From contig NC_067401.1 in assembly GCF_016432865.1 (NCBI RefSeq), positions 446,400,001 through 446,464,000 of the forward strand: 64,000 nucleotides of DNA, written 5' to 3'. The DNA is from Antechinus flavipes (lineage: Eukaryota). Positions 1-12,299 of the stretch are shown piece after piece (position 1 is the first letter of the stretch; each line of letters begins with the position of its first letter). The position numbers and the translations under genes were made by a program. The notes under the pieces were generated by a model that saw only the letters and a program-made list of their open reading frames with translations, did not search any database and was not told the DNA's origin.

Positions 1-1000
1 GCCCCGCCCCGGCCGCCGCTGCCGCTCCTTCCGCCACCTCTCCCGCCCTGCCCCGCCTCCCCAAGCTACGCTCCGCCCCCTGAGGCCCCGCCTCTTGCCT
101 CCCTCGCTGCTCTTCTCTCCTCTCCCGGGCCGGGCTCCGCCCCTCCCCTCCCCGGCTCCTCTGCCCGCTCCCTCTGAGGCGGCGGTGGCGGCGGCTCCGC
201 CCGGCTCCGGCTCCGGCCCCGGCTCCGGCTCTGGCTCGGCTCCGCCCGGCCTGACATGAGCATCATGGACTTCAATGTGAAGAAGCTGGCTGCGGACGCT
301 GGCACTTTCCTCAGCCGTGCCGTGCAGGTAGCGCGCGGGACGGGCCGGGGCTGGCGGGCGGGAGGCCGAGGCCCGTGGCGGCCCGTTCCCCAGGCCCCGC
401 CTCCGGCCGCTGACAGCCGGGCCCGGCCTGGCCTAAGGGGGGGGTGGGGGCGGGTCGGTAACGGAAGGAGCTGCGGCCTCGCCCTCTTCCTTTCCCCGAG
501 GGCCGCGGCCACCAGGGAGGGGCCTTTCCCGGAGCCGGAGGAAGGCCTGAGCCGCGGCCTGACCTCCTGACCTCCCCCGGGCCCTTGGGGCCCCCACCCG
601 GGAAGCGTCGGTTTTGGGCTAGACAGCTGCTGGGAGGTGGGGGAGCGCTCCGGGGACCCTGCGGGCCCTGGCTGGGGGCGCCGCGCTGGAGGTAGCCAGG
701 GGCCGGCTCTGGCCGGGGGCTGGGCCGGGGGCTTGGCCTCGCCTCAGTGTAGGTCCGAGACTTCCCTCGGGCCTCCGGGAGGGTCTCGTCCTCAGCTGCC
801 TCGGAATAGCCGGCCCCTCGGCTCCTGGGCTCGGCATTTAGTGCAGCTTAATTACGTTCTTCTGAGGGAGCCCGGCGCTGGGTTGGAAGTTTTTCGCAGA
901 AACTTTTGTTGTTGTTTTTAACTGGGAATAAGTTGAGGTTTCGGTGGGAAGCCCGCCGGGAGGTGTCCGAGGCAGGGGAAGGAGTGACTCAAGGCTTTCT
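1..1000. promoter_or_regulatory. SH3GLB1: CpG island / TATA-less GC-box promoter, 5'UTR and start of intron 1 of SH3GLB1
   Basis: Very GC- and CpG-rich against an AT-rich, CpG-poor window. Four CTCCGCCC (Sp/KLF GC box) copies at 71, 135, 195 and 240, plus GCCCCGCCC at 1. No ATG upstream of 256. The TSS cannot be placed from sequence. Confidence 0.9.
256..327 (+). CDS. SH3GLB1: SH3GLB1 exon 1 coding part (MSIMDFNVKKLAADAGTFLSRAVQ, helix H0)
   Basis: ATG at 256, 24 codons, donor CAG|gtagcg at 328; matches the endophilin-B1 N-terminus. Confidence 0.98.
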
Positions 1001-1819
1001 CAAGTTTCAGATTCCAACTGGAAGGGGCCGGAGGGACCGGCTCTGGACTGGCCACTGGAGACGGAGAAAAGTAGCCGGAAAAATAGCCAGTCCGCTCCAG
1101 GCTCCAAAGCCCGCCTGCACACAGTCCGCCCCAGAGCTCCTTTAAAGTACCTTGAACCTTGGTATTGCTTAGACATCACATTTAGGCATGATTCTTGGTG
1201 AAATTTTTGAACCACCTCCCCCTGAATTTTAATGAAAATAGCTTTAAAAAAAAAAAAAAGCCCCAGTTCGACAAGACATCATTTAAGATTGAGTTTTTTT
1301 GGTTGAATCAGTTTTCTGGGTTCATGGTTACGATTAGAATGTTTGAGGACTTGGAGTAAACTTAAATTTATGGTCATTCTATTCTAATTCTCCTTAGCTC
1401 TGGTCATTTAATAACCCATTGAACTGGTTTCCTTGCTTATGTTTTGTTTTGATCTCATAATATTGTAAAAAATATTGTCTTTCTTTAGGATGATTGACAT
1501 TTGATAAATAAAGTCTAGTTCTTCCAATGTGTTTCTTATGTTCCTAAGACAGGATGCTGATAGAATTCTTATACATTTATGTTGTCTGATCTGTTTAATT
1601 AGTCTTTCTGAAATTTGAACCTTGTAATTTCACTGAGAAATTCACATTTTCTATTTAGGCCACTAAGATGTTGCCTAAAATTGTACCTACCTTTGTTAAA
1701 AGCAAGAGACTTCTCCTGACCCAGCTAATTTCAGTTGGAATTTTAGTCATTGTTTCTTGGGAATTTACTTATAAATGGGTCAATGACAAGTCAAATTAAT
1801 TCTTGACTCAAATCAGAAA

Positions 1820-1890
1820 ATGCTAATTAAGCATTTATTATGTGGTGGTCATTGTCAATGACCACCACATAATAAATGCTTAATTAGCAT
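1820..1890. repeat. Perfect inverted repeat, 35-bp arms with a 1-nt spacer
   Basis: 1820-1854 atgctaattaagcatttattatgtggtggtcattg is the exact reverse complement of 1856-1890. Confidence 0.97.
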
Positions 1891-3864
1891 AAAAAAGACA
1901 GTTTGAAATTTATATTTTTTGAAAGATGTGACAGGTACACAAATAACAATGTTGAGATGGAGCCAAATCTTAGGATGGAAGAGTTGAGGTAGAAAGGATC
2001 ATTAGGCATCTGGTTCTAATCAGGTGGAATATGGAGGTTAAATGACCTGCCCAAAGACACACAGGAAGTGGCCAAAGTGCAACTTGAACCGAAGTCTTCT
2101 GACTCTTCGTTGTAAGAATATATGGCCTCATCATACAGGAAAATTTGAGAACAGAAAGCATACTTTTCCAATGGCCAGGCAGGAATCAAGGAAAGTTTCA
2201 GGCTGTATTTTATGTATTAAAAAGGCTTGACTAGCTAGATGCTTTATTAAGTAAATCAGAACTCCAAGTGCCCATTAGGTCAATTTGTACATTGGCCAAA
2301 CCTCTAAATGCCAAATGCAGTTTTAATCTCTGTCTATATTTAACATTGTCTTTCTCCACATGCTCGGTTCCATTTGGAGTGACTTGGTTTGATATGTTTG
2401 TATAGAGTGGTAGCCTAAGGAGACACAACTGGAATTTACTATATTAACTTCAGAAGACAGACAGTAAAGTCTAGATGTGTTGATTGTATGCTTTTAAAGA
2501 AGTGGTGATTTAGAAAACTAGAAAAAAAGCCTTTGTGAGCTTTATTTATAGTTCACTCTCTTTTACCTGCCTGTAATGTTAGCTTGGACTTAATCTTTTT
2601 AGGAATAAATTTTAAATTATTAATATTAAATCAGTATAAATATGTGAAATTTAAAAAAAGTCTGGAACCATTAAGAATAAAACTTACCACCTTATTGAGT
2701 TAGGAGATCTTGGGACTTTTATTTCATGTGAGACTGAAAATAGTATGCTGATTGTTTAGACAGAACACTGCTTTGTGAAGCTTATTTCAAAAACAGCATT
2801 AAGTCAATAGATGAGATTTCATTCTATACTTTGTTGACTTCAGTGATCACAGCAGTTATAGGTAGGGTCATAGATTTAGAGTTGGATTAGAATTTAGAGA
2901 TCACCTAACCTATAATCATGTATAAAGTCTAATATGTTGCAATTAAAGCTTGACAACTGTACCAGACCATAAATTAATTAAAAAAAAAAAAGTAGAAGGA
3001 AAAACAAATTGTTATCTATCTAAATATTAAGAATTACCCATTACAATCAAATAACATTTCTTAGTATTGGGAAGAATAAGCAACAAACCAGAATTTGTAA
3101 GGAGCCATTTCCCCTCATATGTAGTATATGTTTATTTTAATTTCCTCCGAGTAGCAGACTTTTTAAATCCTAGCAAAAAAAAAAAAAAAATCCATCTCTT
3201 CCGTCAAGGTTACTCCTGACTACACTCAGCTTAGAGTACCCTCTTCTTCCTGTAAACATTATCATCAATTTATTGGCACAAACTTAAGATGTCGTCTGTC
3301 ATTGTCTTGAACTATCATTTAGCGCTCTTATAAGATTAATGTCAAAAATATGTCTTGTCTTTCTTTGTTTCTTCTATAATAGGGGAGTGCCTTGTATACA
3401 GTAGTAACGTGTTAAATTAAAAGGAGAAAATATATAATTTTCATTTAAAAACTATATTAGGAGTTCAGGTGTAATAACTCATGCTATGGCAAGGCTAAAG
3501 TTAGGGAATTACTTAAGATTGGAGTTGGAGAGAGAAAATTGATCAGATAATGCACTAGTCAGCCTGAGGAGGAAAATAAGCAGGTCAAAGCTTGTGTGTT
3601 GATCAGCAGTGAGAAGGCTCCTCTACTTTGAGTCTGGGCAAGATCAGGAGACCAGTTTCCCAACCTCACTACCAACACAAAAAAAGTAGGATAGCAAAAG
3701 GAAAGCACTCTCATTTCTCAGAAGGACTAATTGCTTTTAAGATTTCACTCAAATATCACCTTTTATATATTAACCCTTTCCTGATTTTCATTTTTCCCTT
3801 CCCCTTCAGGCCCACCGGTCATCCTTTGCCCTTTCTCTCAAAACTACTTTGTATTCATTTTCTA

Positions 3865-4056
3865 AATTCCATTTTTATTTTTTCTCAACTAAATCTAAAC
3901 ATTTTTAAACATTCGTTTTTTTAAATTTTGAGTTACAAATTCTTTTCTCCCTTCTTCCCTTCCCCCTCCTTGAGCAGAGAAGCAATTTGATATAGATTAT
4001 ACATGTGCAGTCATGCAAAACATTTCCATATTAGCGATGTTGTAAAAGAAAATATC
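3865..4056 (-). mobile_element. L1 3'-end fragment
   Basis: T-rich start, then the marsupial L1 3'UTR antisense motif (atacatgtgcagtcatgcaaaacatttccatattag), similar to the copies at 51467 and 60640. Confidence 0.6.
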
Positions 4057-4092
4057 TTGTATTCATTTTTATATATTATTTATATGCATATA

Positions 4093-4128
4093 TGTGTGTG
4101 TATACATATATATATGTATACACACACA
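4093..4128. repeat. 36-bp perfect palindrome within a (TG)n/(TA)n/(CA)n microsatellite
   Basis: tgtgtgtgtatacatata|tatatgtatacacacaca; alternating purine-pyrimidine throughout. Confidence 0.9.
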
Positions 4129-4599
4129 CACACATACACACATGTTGTCTTTCCTATTAGAATATAAACTCCTTGAGGGTGGGAATCATTTCACTTTTCT
4201 CTTTATTCCCAGGACTTGATACATACTAAGTAGTTAATGTTGATTGATATGCTTATGTGCTGCATTTAAAAAAAAAAAATTCATCTCAGTAACACATTAT
4301 ATTTTGAAGCCAAATTACATTATGCTCAAATTCCTTTTGAAAGAAATAGGGTTTTCAATGATTAAGAATTTAAGAAGCATATTCTGGTGTTTAATTGAGT
4401 TTTGATTCTCTGTTGGTCTGTTTAGAATGACTTTATTTTCTTTGTCAAGTTTCCCTTTCCTTTTTCAAACCTCCTTGAGAACCCTTCTTTTAGAGATTAT
4501 AATATTAACAATTTTTCCATTCCCTTTCCATTCTTATATGTACTGCAATTGGGGTTAAATCTCAAACTGAAACCTGTTGAAGATCTTAGTTAAAAAAGC

Positions 4600-4790
4600 C
4601 AACTTCTCCCATTTCATCTAGGACTATCTCCAATCATCTTGATCTACATCTGGCCATAGGAACCCAGATGGCTCTGGAGAGGGAAGTGAGGCAGGTGACC
4701 CGGCACAGCCCTCCCTCACTTCAGTCCAATTCACTTGCATGTCATAGCATTACCTCCCTGAAGTCATGGTCCTTAACCACAATAACAATA
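4600..4790 (+). mobile_element. Marsupial RTE-type SINE fragment (WALLSI/RTESINE-like)
   Basis: Motif cacagccctccctcactt...ccaattcacttgcatgtcat...gtcatggtcct with a CAA-like tail. Related copies at 8340, 47805 and 54898. Confidence 0.6.
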
Positions 4791-5356
4791 TATAAAAAGC
4801 TCCTCATAGATAAAATTTATATGGTGTAAATAACCCTCACTTATTTAGTGTTTCATATATTTTTGTGTTAGGACATGTGTAATTAAGTACCTGTACCACT
4901 GATTGGGAAGTTATATAGGCTCAGTATCATATTCTTTCAGTTTTGTATGTGGTTATTCCATAATTAACACAAGATATTTATTTTTCTTCTCATTTCTTAA
5001 AAGGACCAAAATGTCTGCAAGAGCCTTTTTATATTTTATTTCTGAAAGCCATTTTTAAAATTATGCTTAATCTTGATATTTTAATAACATGAAGTAATTA
5101 GGAAAAAGTCCAGAGAAAAATTTTTGTTCTGCAACTGTAGTTTCCTTAGAATAGGGAATTTTTCCCCTCTACTGAATATGGAATAGGGAAGAAGAGGGAA
5201 ATCCCTCTACTGACTCAAATATGCAGTTTGTAATTTTAGTGTCAGCTTGTGGGGCTGACAAGTAAGTGATTTGCCTAAGATTATCAAATCAATGGGTATC
5301 AGTGAGAACTTGAATCTAGGTCTTCCTTAGATTGGCCATATCTCTATTCATTAAGC

Positions 5357-5549
5357 CAGGGGTCCTCAAACTTTTTAAATAGGGGGCCAGTTCACTGTCC
5401 CTCAGACTGTTGGAGAGTCGGACTATAGTAAAAGCCAAAACTTTTTTTTGTGGGCCTTTAAAGAAACGTCATAGTCCTGGGTGAGGAGGATAATGGTCCT
5501 CAGCTGCTGCATCTGTAGTTTGCCCATGGCCATAGTTTGAGGACCCCTG
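5357..5549. mobile_element. Non-autonomous hAT DNA transposon (OC1/OposCharlie1-like MITE), 193 bp
   Basis: Perfect 16-bp TIRs CAGGGGTCCTCAAACT/AGTTTGAGGACCCCTG and a perfect 8-bp TSD CATTAAGC (5349-5356, 5550-5557), diagnostic of hAT. The family name is from recalled terminal sequence. Confidence 0.92.
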
Positions 5550-6329
5550 CATTAAGCCATCCACTTAATATGCTTTAAAGTGTTGACTAAGAGCATTTAT
5601 TAAAGGCTTATACTGTGTGCTAAGCAAATAATTGCAAACAAGATTATTTCCACTTTCAAGTAGTTTATATATCTAATTGAGGAAAAATAACACCTATGAG
5701 TAGAGTAAATCTGGGAGTGATTGAATGGGACTATGGAAGGGGGCTACTGGATGGGAAGTTAGGGTAGAGTAAGGAGAGTAACTACAAAGCTGGAGTGAAG
5801 TGAGCGTTAGCCTGAATACCTCATGAAATAATCAAAGTTTTAATTATTTTAAATACCACTTTAAATGTACCCAGAATATGCAGAAAATAATGAAACTTCC
5901 AGATCAACTAAATATATGTTGCTTAAAGAGTAACTTGATTTAAAAATTAGATGTAATCAAGTTATTTGAATAGGAAAACAAAAATCTAGATATTAAAGAT
6001 AAAGATCTGGTTCTCTAGGGTGGGCTAAAAGAAAAGTTAATGTAGAGAGTCATGTATGTTTAATACCTGTCAAATTATGAGATTAGAAATCTTTCTGATT
6101 TTCTAATAGTAAATTATATCAGAATTTTCATAGTATCCATCCTCCAACAAACTTGTAATTCTTTCAAATGATTGTCCTTCCTTCGTGGAATTGATAATGT
6201 TTCTTCCTAAATTAAATATATTTCTCATGCAAGTTACATATTTTATTTTCTCCTGGCCCTGATTCTGTGTTAAATAGATCTAGTGGACCACATGCTTTTT
6301 TTTTTGTAGAGACCTGAAGTTAAAATTTT

Positions 6330-6857
6330 TTTTAATCTACTTTTTTATTAAAACTTTTTATTTACAAAACATTCATGGATAATTTTTCAATATTGACTCT
6401 TGCAAAGCCTTCTGTTCCAACTTTTTCTCTCCTTTACCCACCCCCTCCCTATATGGTAGATAGTCCAATACATCTTAAATATGTTAAAATATATGTTGAG
6501 ATCCAATATATGTATATATATATATTTATACAGTTATCTTGCTGCACAAGAAAAATCAGATCAAGAAGGAAGGAAAAAAAAACTGGCAAAGAAAACAAAA
6601 TGCAAGCAAACAACAGAAAGAATGAGAATGTTATGCTGTGTTATGGTCCATGGTCCTCTCTGGGTGTATATGGCTCTCTTCATCATTGAACAATTAAGTT
6701 GATTTGAATCATCTCATGGTTGAAGAGAATCACATCCATCAGGATTGATTGTCCTATGTCTTCTTGTTGCTGTGTGTAATGATCTGGTTCTTTCTGCTCA
6801 CTTCACTCATCATCAGTTCATGTGAGTCTCTTCAGGCCTCTCTGAAATCATCCTGCT
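6330..6857 (-). mobile_element. L1 3'-end fragment with degenerate TSD
   Basis: Poly-T start, dasyurid-type L1 3'UTR (gctgcacaagaaaaatcagatc), flanks ctgaag(a)ttaaaa..tttt followed by an AA endonuclease-type site. Confidence 0.8.
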
Positions 6858-8339
6858 GAAGATTAAAAAAATTTTAAAAGAACATAACCTCCCAGACATC
6901 CGTCTGGCTTTTCCAGTGTTCTAAAAAAGCCTCTTCATTCCCTTTTTCTTCTTTTTCTACTCTGTTGTAATTAGGAATACTGCTAAAAACAGCATTTCAT
7001 TTAGAACACTTTATATAGAGGAATAAATAGAATTCTGCTAATCACTTCATCCTCTCACAATAGTAGTGAAATAATAGAAACGTAAGTTACAGTTTAATTC
7101 TTGGCATTTTTATATTCATGATATATTTCATCAATGAAGTCAATCATTGAACATTTATTAAATGCTTTCTGTTTGCTTTAGGGTCATTCTTTCACCTGTG
7201 TCTTTCCCATTATCTTATAGATAATCCACCTAACACTCTGAGGATCTTTACCTGGCTCCTTTGATATTTCTGGGCTAACATTGTAGCAGTCGGGCTGTCT
7301 GATCTTAATTTTGTTACATGACCCAGTTACCTTTTTTCACTTCAGACTTGTCCTTAAATGCCTTGGATGTCACCTCTTACATGCATACTATTGGTGATGT
7401 GTTGCAATTTTCTTGTCCCTGACTTTCATCTTTCTCTTGCCTTTGGGTCCTTATAACTTTTAATTCTAAAGAAATTTCAGGTGCAGAAAAGTGAAGTTTT
7501 TATTTTATTTTTTTCCAGAATTGATAGATTAGAGTGATATCAGCCAAAGCAGAGAGTGTGTTAAATAAATCTTATGTCATTTACGTGTCATTTAAGTGTC
7601 AGATACACCATAATTGAATTGGAGTAAGATGGAATTGTTTTAGAGATGGAAGTGATGGTGGAGTTTTATCTTGTCTACTTGTTCACTTTATAGGAGGAAG
7701 TCAAACTAGATGGTGAAGTAATTGCCTAGAACCATCTAGGAAATGGCAGAACCAGAGCCTCACCCCAGGCTCACTTTTCACATCACTTTTGACTGCACAC
7801 GGTTTGCAATGTTTTCCACAAACTCATTCTGGTTGGTGCTGCAAAAGTTTAAATTTCTTTTTAATTTTTTGGTTCCTTGATCTTACAGATGTGGGCTACT
7901 TGCTCCTTACAAACAGTACATTGTAGTATGTCTACTTGTCTTGATCCTATGCTATTCCTGTCCCAGTCCTTATGTACCCAACATACTGGGATGTTTTAAC
8001 TTAATTGCACTATGTATGGGGTGTGCACCTGTTACTTCTCATTCCTAGACCAGATTACTTCTTGTTCTGATATATTTCTTTGACTCGGACTGCTTATGTG
8101 TACTATTCCCTTTTTATATAGTATTACCGGAGTCTCTTTATGACTACGGTGTCACTTTCCATTGCCTTTTCAGTGCTTATAATTGTGTAAATCTCTAAAT
8201 AACATAATCTCCCTGATTTATAACCATGTAACTTTACAAAAACAGGTTTGCAAAAAAATGGGAGTTTGTTTTCAGTGAGAAGCTTGGGATCATTGACAGT
8301 GCTGCAGATGAATGAACTCATTCTCTTATTTGTACTCAA

Positions 8340-8900
8340 TTCTGCATCTTTCTTACTGGACCCAGCTTACAGTCCATCTTTTAGTCTCTGGTACAGTGCC
8401 TTGCCCAGGCCTTTTCTGGGCTGCTCATCCATTTTTTTGTCTTCTTAGCACTCAACTCTCACCTGTGGCACAGTGACCACACCCAGTAAACCATTTTGGT
8501 AGATGGGTTAAACCAGGTTGAAATTTGAATTAAACCATCTAACCTCAAACCCATTGGTGAGTTAAGGGAATATCTACCTCATGCATATGAAGATTACTCC
8601 CCCATGAAGTAGATAAATAAAAACAGTTTGTTCCAGTGTTCATGCAGGTAACTAAAGCAGGAATTGTGGAATGCTTCCAGTTTGTCCTGACATTGAAAGC
8701 ACCAACGTCATCCGTTATACATTCTGGGTCATAACCAGTGATTCTTTTGACTTTTGTTTTGCCACTTGACCTTAGTGACACTGAAAGAGTGAGACTGACA
8801 ATTTTGTGCAACTCTGCTTCACTTAAATCCATTTCAGGCATAAGTTAAGATACCATTCTGTCATATCATTGGTCCTCTTCAAAAATGAACTGATAAACTG
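8340..8900 (+). mobile_element. Marsupial RTE-type SINE (long copy)
   Basis: ggttaaaccaggttg...cctcaaacccattggtgagtta...gtgcaactctgcttcacttaaatcca...attggtcctcttc; 3' part matches the 4600 copy. It explains the ORF at 8545-8841. Confidence 0.6.
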
Positions 8901-11900
8901 ATTCTATTAACTGATAGACAACTTCTATGGGCTATTCATGCAACTACATATCCTAGTCTTAATAAATGACTTTGTCATCCACTAGGTATTTCCTATTTGG
9001 ATAGTTAAGCTAATTCTTAATGATTCTAAATCTCATTTTGGAGGCTGTTCAGGATTTCAGAACTTGTAGTCAGTGAAATATCATTTGTAAATAAGCATCT
9101 TCACTTTCTATAAGGAATGCTTCTTTATGTATGGGCTCTGAATTGGATTATTTCCAAGACAGTTAAAAGCACCTTACACAAATATCTAACTTGTTTTATG
9201 CCTCATATGATATAAATAACAAATCATCCCACAATATTATTTATGTATTTATTAAGGAATTCTTTATGATTTTAAAATATGTATAGAAGATATCTAGTTG
9301 GAAAAGAGCTATAATACTAAATCACATACTTTTTGATAGTCAAATAGTAGGATCTTGTATTTTCTGAAGTTACTAAAAGGAGGTTCAATGATGAAAAAAA
9401 TTGAACTGATTAATGGAAAATATTCTTGTATTCTATAGTCTAAAACAGTTATCAACGTGATTTTTTTTTTATTTTTGACAAAATTTGCCATTAAGAGAAC
9501 ATTAGATTGGGTTTTTATGACTTTGATTTGATTTAGTATCATTGTAGATTAAAACAATAATGAAAGAATGGTAGATATATCTGATACATGAATTTAACAC
9601 AAAAGATAAATTGGTAAGATAGGAGAGGAGGTAATTACTTTACAGAAGGGTTCACCATGAAGTCCAGGGCATTTAAAATAGGCTTCCATTTTTAAAAAGT
9701 CGATTTAAAATCAACTCTCAGAGCTGGAAAAGCACCTTAGAGGTCATCTAGTTCAGGTTTCTACTCAGTACAAGAAAATAAAATTGCTGGGTTAAACTCC
9801 TTATCCTTCATGTATACAGCCATTTAAAATCCACCACATATTTTTTGACTTAACAGGGTACTTTCATTCCCTAAACATATTCAGTCTATTGTAAATATCA
9901 TAGTAAAGATAATGTTTCAAAATGTTTAATGCTAAAGTGATTTTTATACATAAAAATTAAAACAATTGGATATAGTCCCATATGGAGTGAAATATTCTTG
10001 TTACACTTTTGTAGTAGGTGAAAGAGAGTAAATGTCCGTAAATTGGGAATGGTGGCAGAATCACAGGTTTAGAGCTGGAAGAGACCTTAGTGATCATCTA
10101 ATTCTAATCCATCTCTGCCACCCAGAAAGCTTTAACAGTTTTCCCAATGTCACTGAGATACTGGGGTCAGAACAAGAATGCAGATCAGAATCCTGTCTCG
10201 AGATTCAGCCCTTTTTCTACTGCACTACATTGCCTCCCTGTGGTTATATAGATTAGGATATATGAATGTAATAGACTATAACTGTGTTGTAAGATAACAA
10301 ATAGGAGAAATTTAGAAGCATGTGAAAAGACTTGTATAAGTTGATATGGAACCAGGGAAACAGTAAAATCATAACTCCAATAGTTTATTTGCCAAAGCTT
10401 ATTTTGCTACCAAATTAAATTTTTTAAAAATGAGTCAGGAGAACAGTTAATGAACAGATGAAAAAAGGGCAGAGTAAATACAGCTGGTAAGGTAGATTGG
10501 AGATATTGAAGAAGGCCTTGAAATACAGGACTAAGTTTGTATTTTAATCTCCAGTTAGTGAGGAACCATTTCTTAATGTGATGTTTCAAATAGAAGGTGA
10601 GCTTGAAAGTCTCATTTTTTAAAAATTTGTATCCCAAGTGTTTGACATTAGGAAGGGTTAATAATGCTTTTCCTTTCTGTTCTCTTCCATTCCTCAGAAG
10701 GCTTTTCAAGAGGGAGCTGCAGGATCAGACCTGTGTGCTCCAATCTAGTACTCTATGGGATCTTAATAAATGTGGATATCGCCTCCAGTAATAATAGATG
10801 ATACCTTGTCTGTGCCTGCCAATGCTATGGCATTTGTCTTTCCCCTTCTTTCTATAAGTCAACATTAGACATCCATCCAATATGCTCAATGCCTTCCTCG
10901 ATGTTTTTTGACCTTACAAGGCTCCCAGGGAAGCATGGATAAACTTTGCCAGGTGACCAAGTGATGTTACCCAACGATATTACCTTTCTCTTCTGCTGCT
11001 TCTTTACTCTTTGTGATTGGTTAAAGCCTTGTCATGACCACCATGCTTTTCTTTCTTACACTTGGAGTGAATCTCAGTATCAGTTCTTCAACATAAGGAC
11101 CCTTATTTTGGTAGCTACATGAAAAATAGGTTCTAGAAGAAAGAGCTAAAGGTAGGAAGAACATGGAGAACTTGACTGCGGAAATCTTAAGTTTGAATGA
11201 TAAGCAGTAGTAAAGAGAGTCATGAGGTATAGATGAAGGGATTGGAGGGGGGACAGAACTGATGAAAATTGGCAGAGAAAGGAAGAACTTGAGATCATTG
11301 TGAGATTTGAGACAGGGTTATTTGAATAGGAATGCCCTTAATAGAAATAGGGAAGTTAGGTGGAAGAAAATATCTGAGGGTTAAGTTATAGGAAAAGTTG
11401 AAGTATCAATGGACTTCCAGTAGACAATTGACAGTGTGGTATTAGATTGGGTGTTTTGGACAAAGGTGTGTTGAAACTGTGCTTTAAAAGTGGGTATCAT
11501 TTTGATAGCTGAAGATGGTAGTGATAAGAAGGAGAGGATGATATATATTCCCCTAGGTGGTACAGTTATAGAGCACCCAGCTCAGATTCAGACACACCCT
11601 CCCAAGATCAAATCTGTGTGTTCTGTGTGTTCCTGGGTAGGTTCCTGAATTCTGTTGGCTTTAATTTGTTCATCTGTCAGGTAAACTGGAGAAGGAAATG
11701 ACAGTATGTCTGCTAAGAGGACATGGAGAGTCAGAGAAGACTGAAACATTTAAGCAGCAAAGAGCATAGTATAAGCAGAAATGTGGAAATGACTTGTGTG
11801 TATGTTTGGGGATATTGCAAGAAATCTCTGGCCAATGAGTTCATCAGTTAACATTTTCTGAGCAAATTTTTTTTTTTTTTTTTTTTTGGTAGTCCAAGCA

Positions 11901-12057
11901 CTGGATGAAGCTCTGAGAATACCAAGAGAGCCCCAGTCCTCAAGGAGCTCAAAATCTGATGGGGATGGGGGGGAGGAGGAAAACACAACAGCAACACACA
12001 TTTGTACAGTCAGGCAATGCACAAGATAAATAAGAAATTATTAAATGAGGAATAACA

Positions 12058-12297
12058 GCAGCTAATATTTTTATATGATATTCAGCCAAGCCCTGTTCTA
12101 AGCATTTTGCAATTATCTTATTTGATCCTCACCACAATCCTCTGGAAGAGCTGGAATGAATGTTATTATCCCCATTTGACAAATGAGGAAACAGGCAAAG
12201 AGAGGGTAGGGGACTTGCCTAGGGTCACACAGCTAGTAAGTGTCTGAAGCTGGTTTTAAACTCAGGTTTCCCTGACTCTAGGCCTGATGCTCTATCC
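12058..12297 (-). mobile_element. MIR/THER1-type CORE-SINE
   Basis: Antisense CORE motif cccatttgacaaatgaggaaac...gacttgcctagggtcacacagctagtaag. Confidence 0.75.
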
Positions 12298-12299
12298 CT

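Noticed and set aside
66-512. 148-aa minus-strand ORF and other ORFs in 619-1215
   Set aside because: Low-complexity Pro/Arg/Gly/Ala translations caused by stop scarcity in the CpG island; no domain.
328-570. Continuation of the 104-aa ORF beyond RAVQ
   Set aside because: Read-through into intron 1; the spliced junction at 327 restores the conserved protein.
6321-6876. Apparent 17-bp inverted repeats flanking the L1 fragment
   Set aside because: Better explained by a degenerate direct TSD in semi-palindromic A/T runs.
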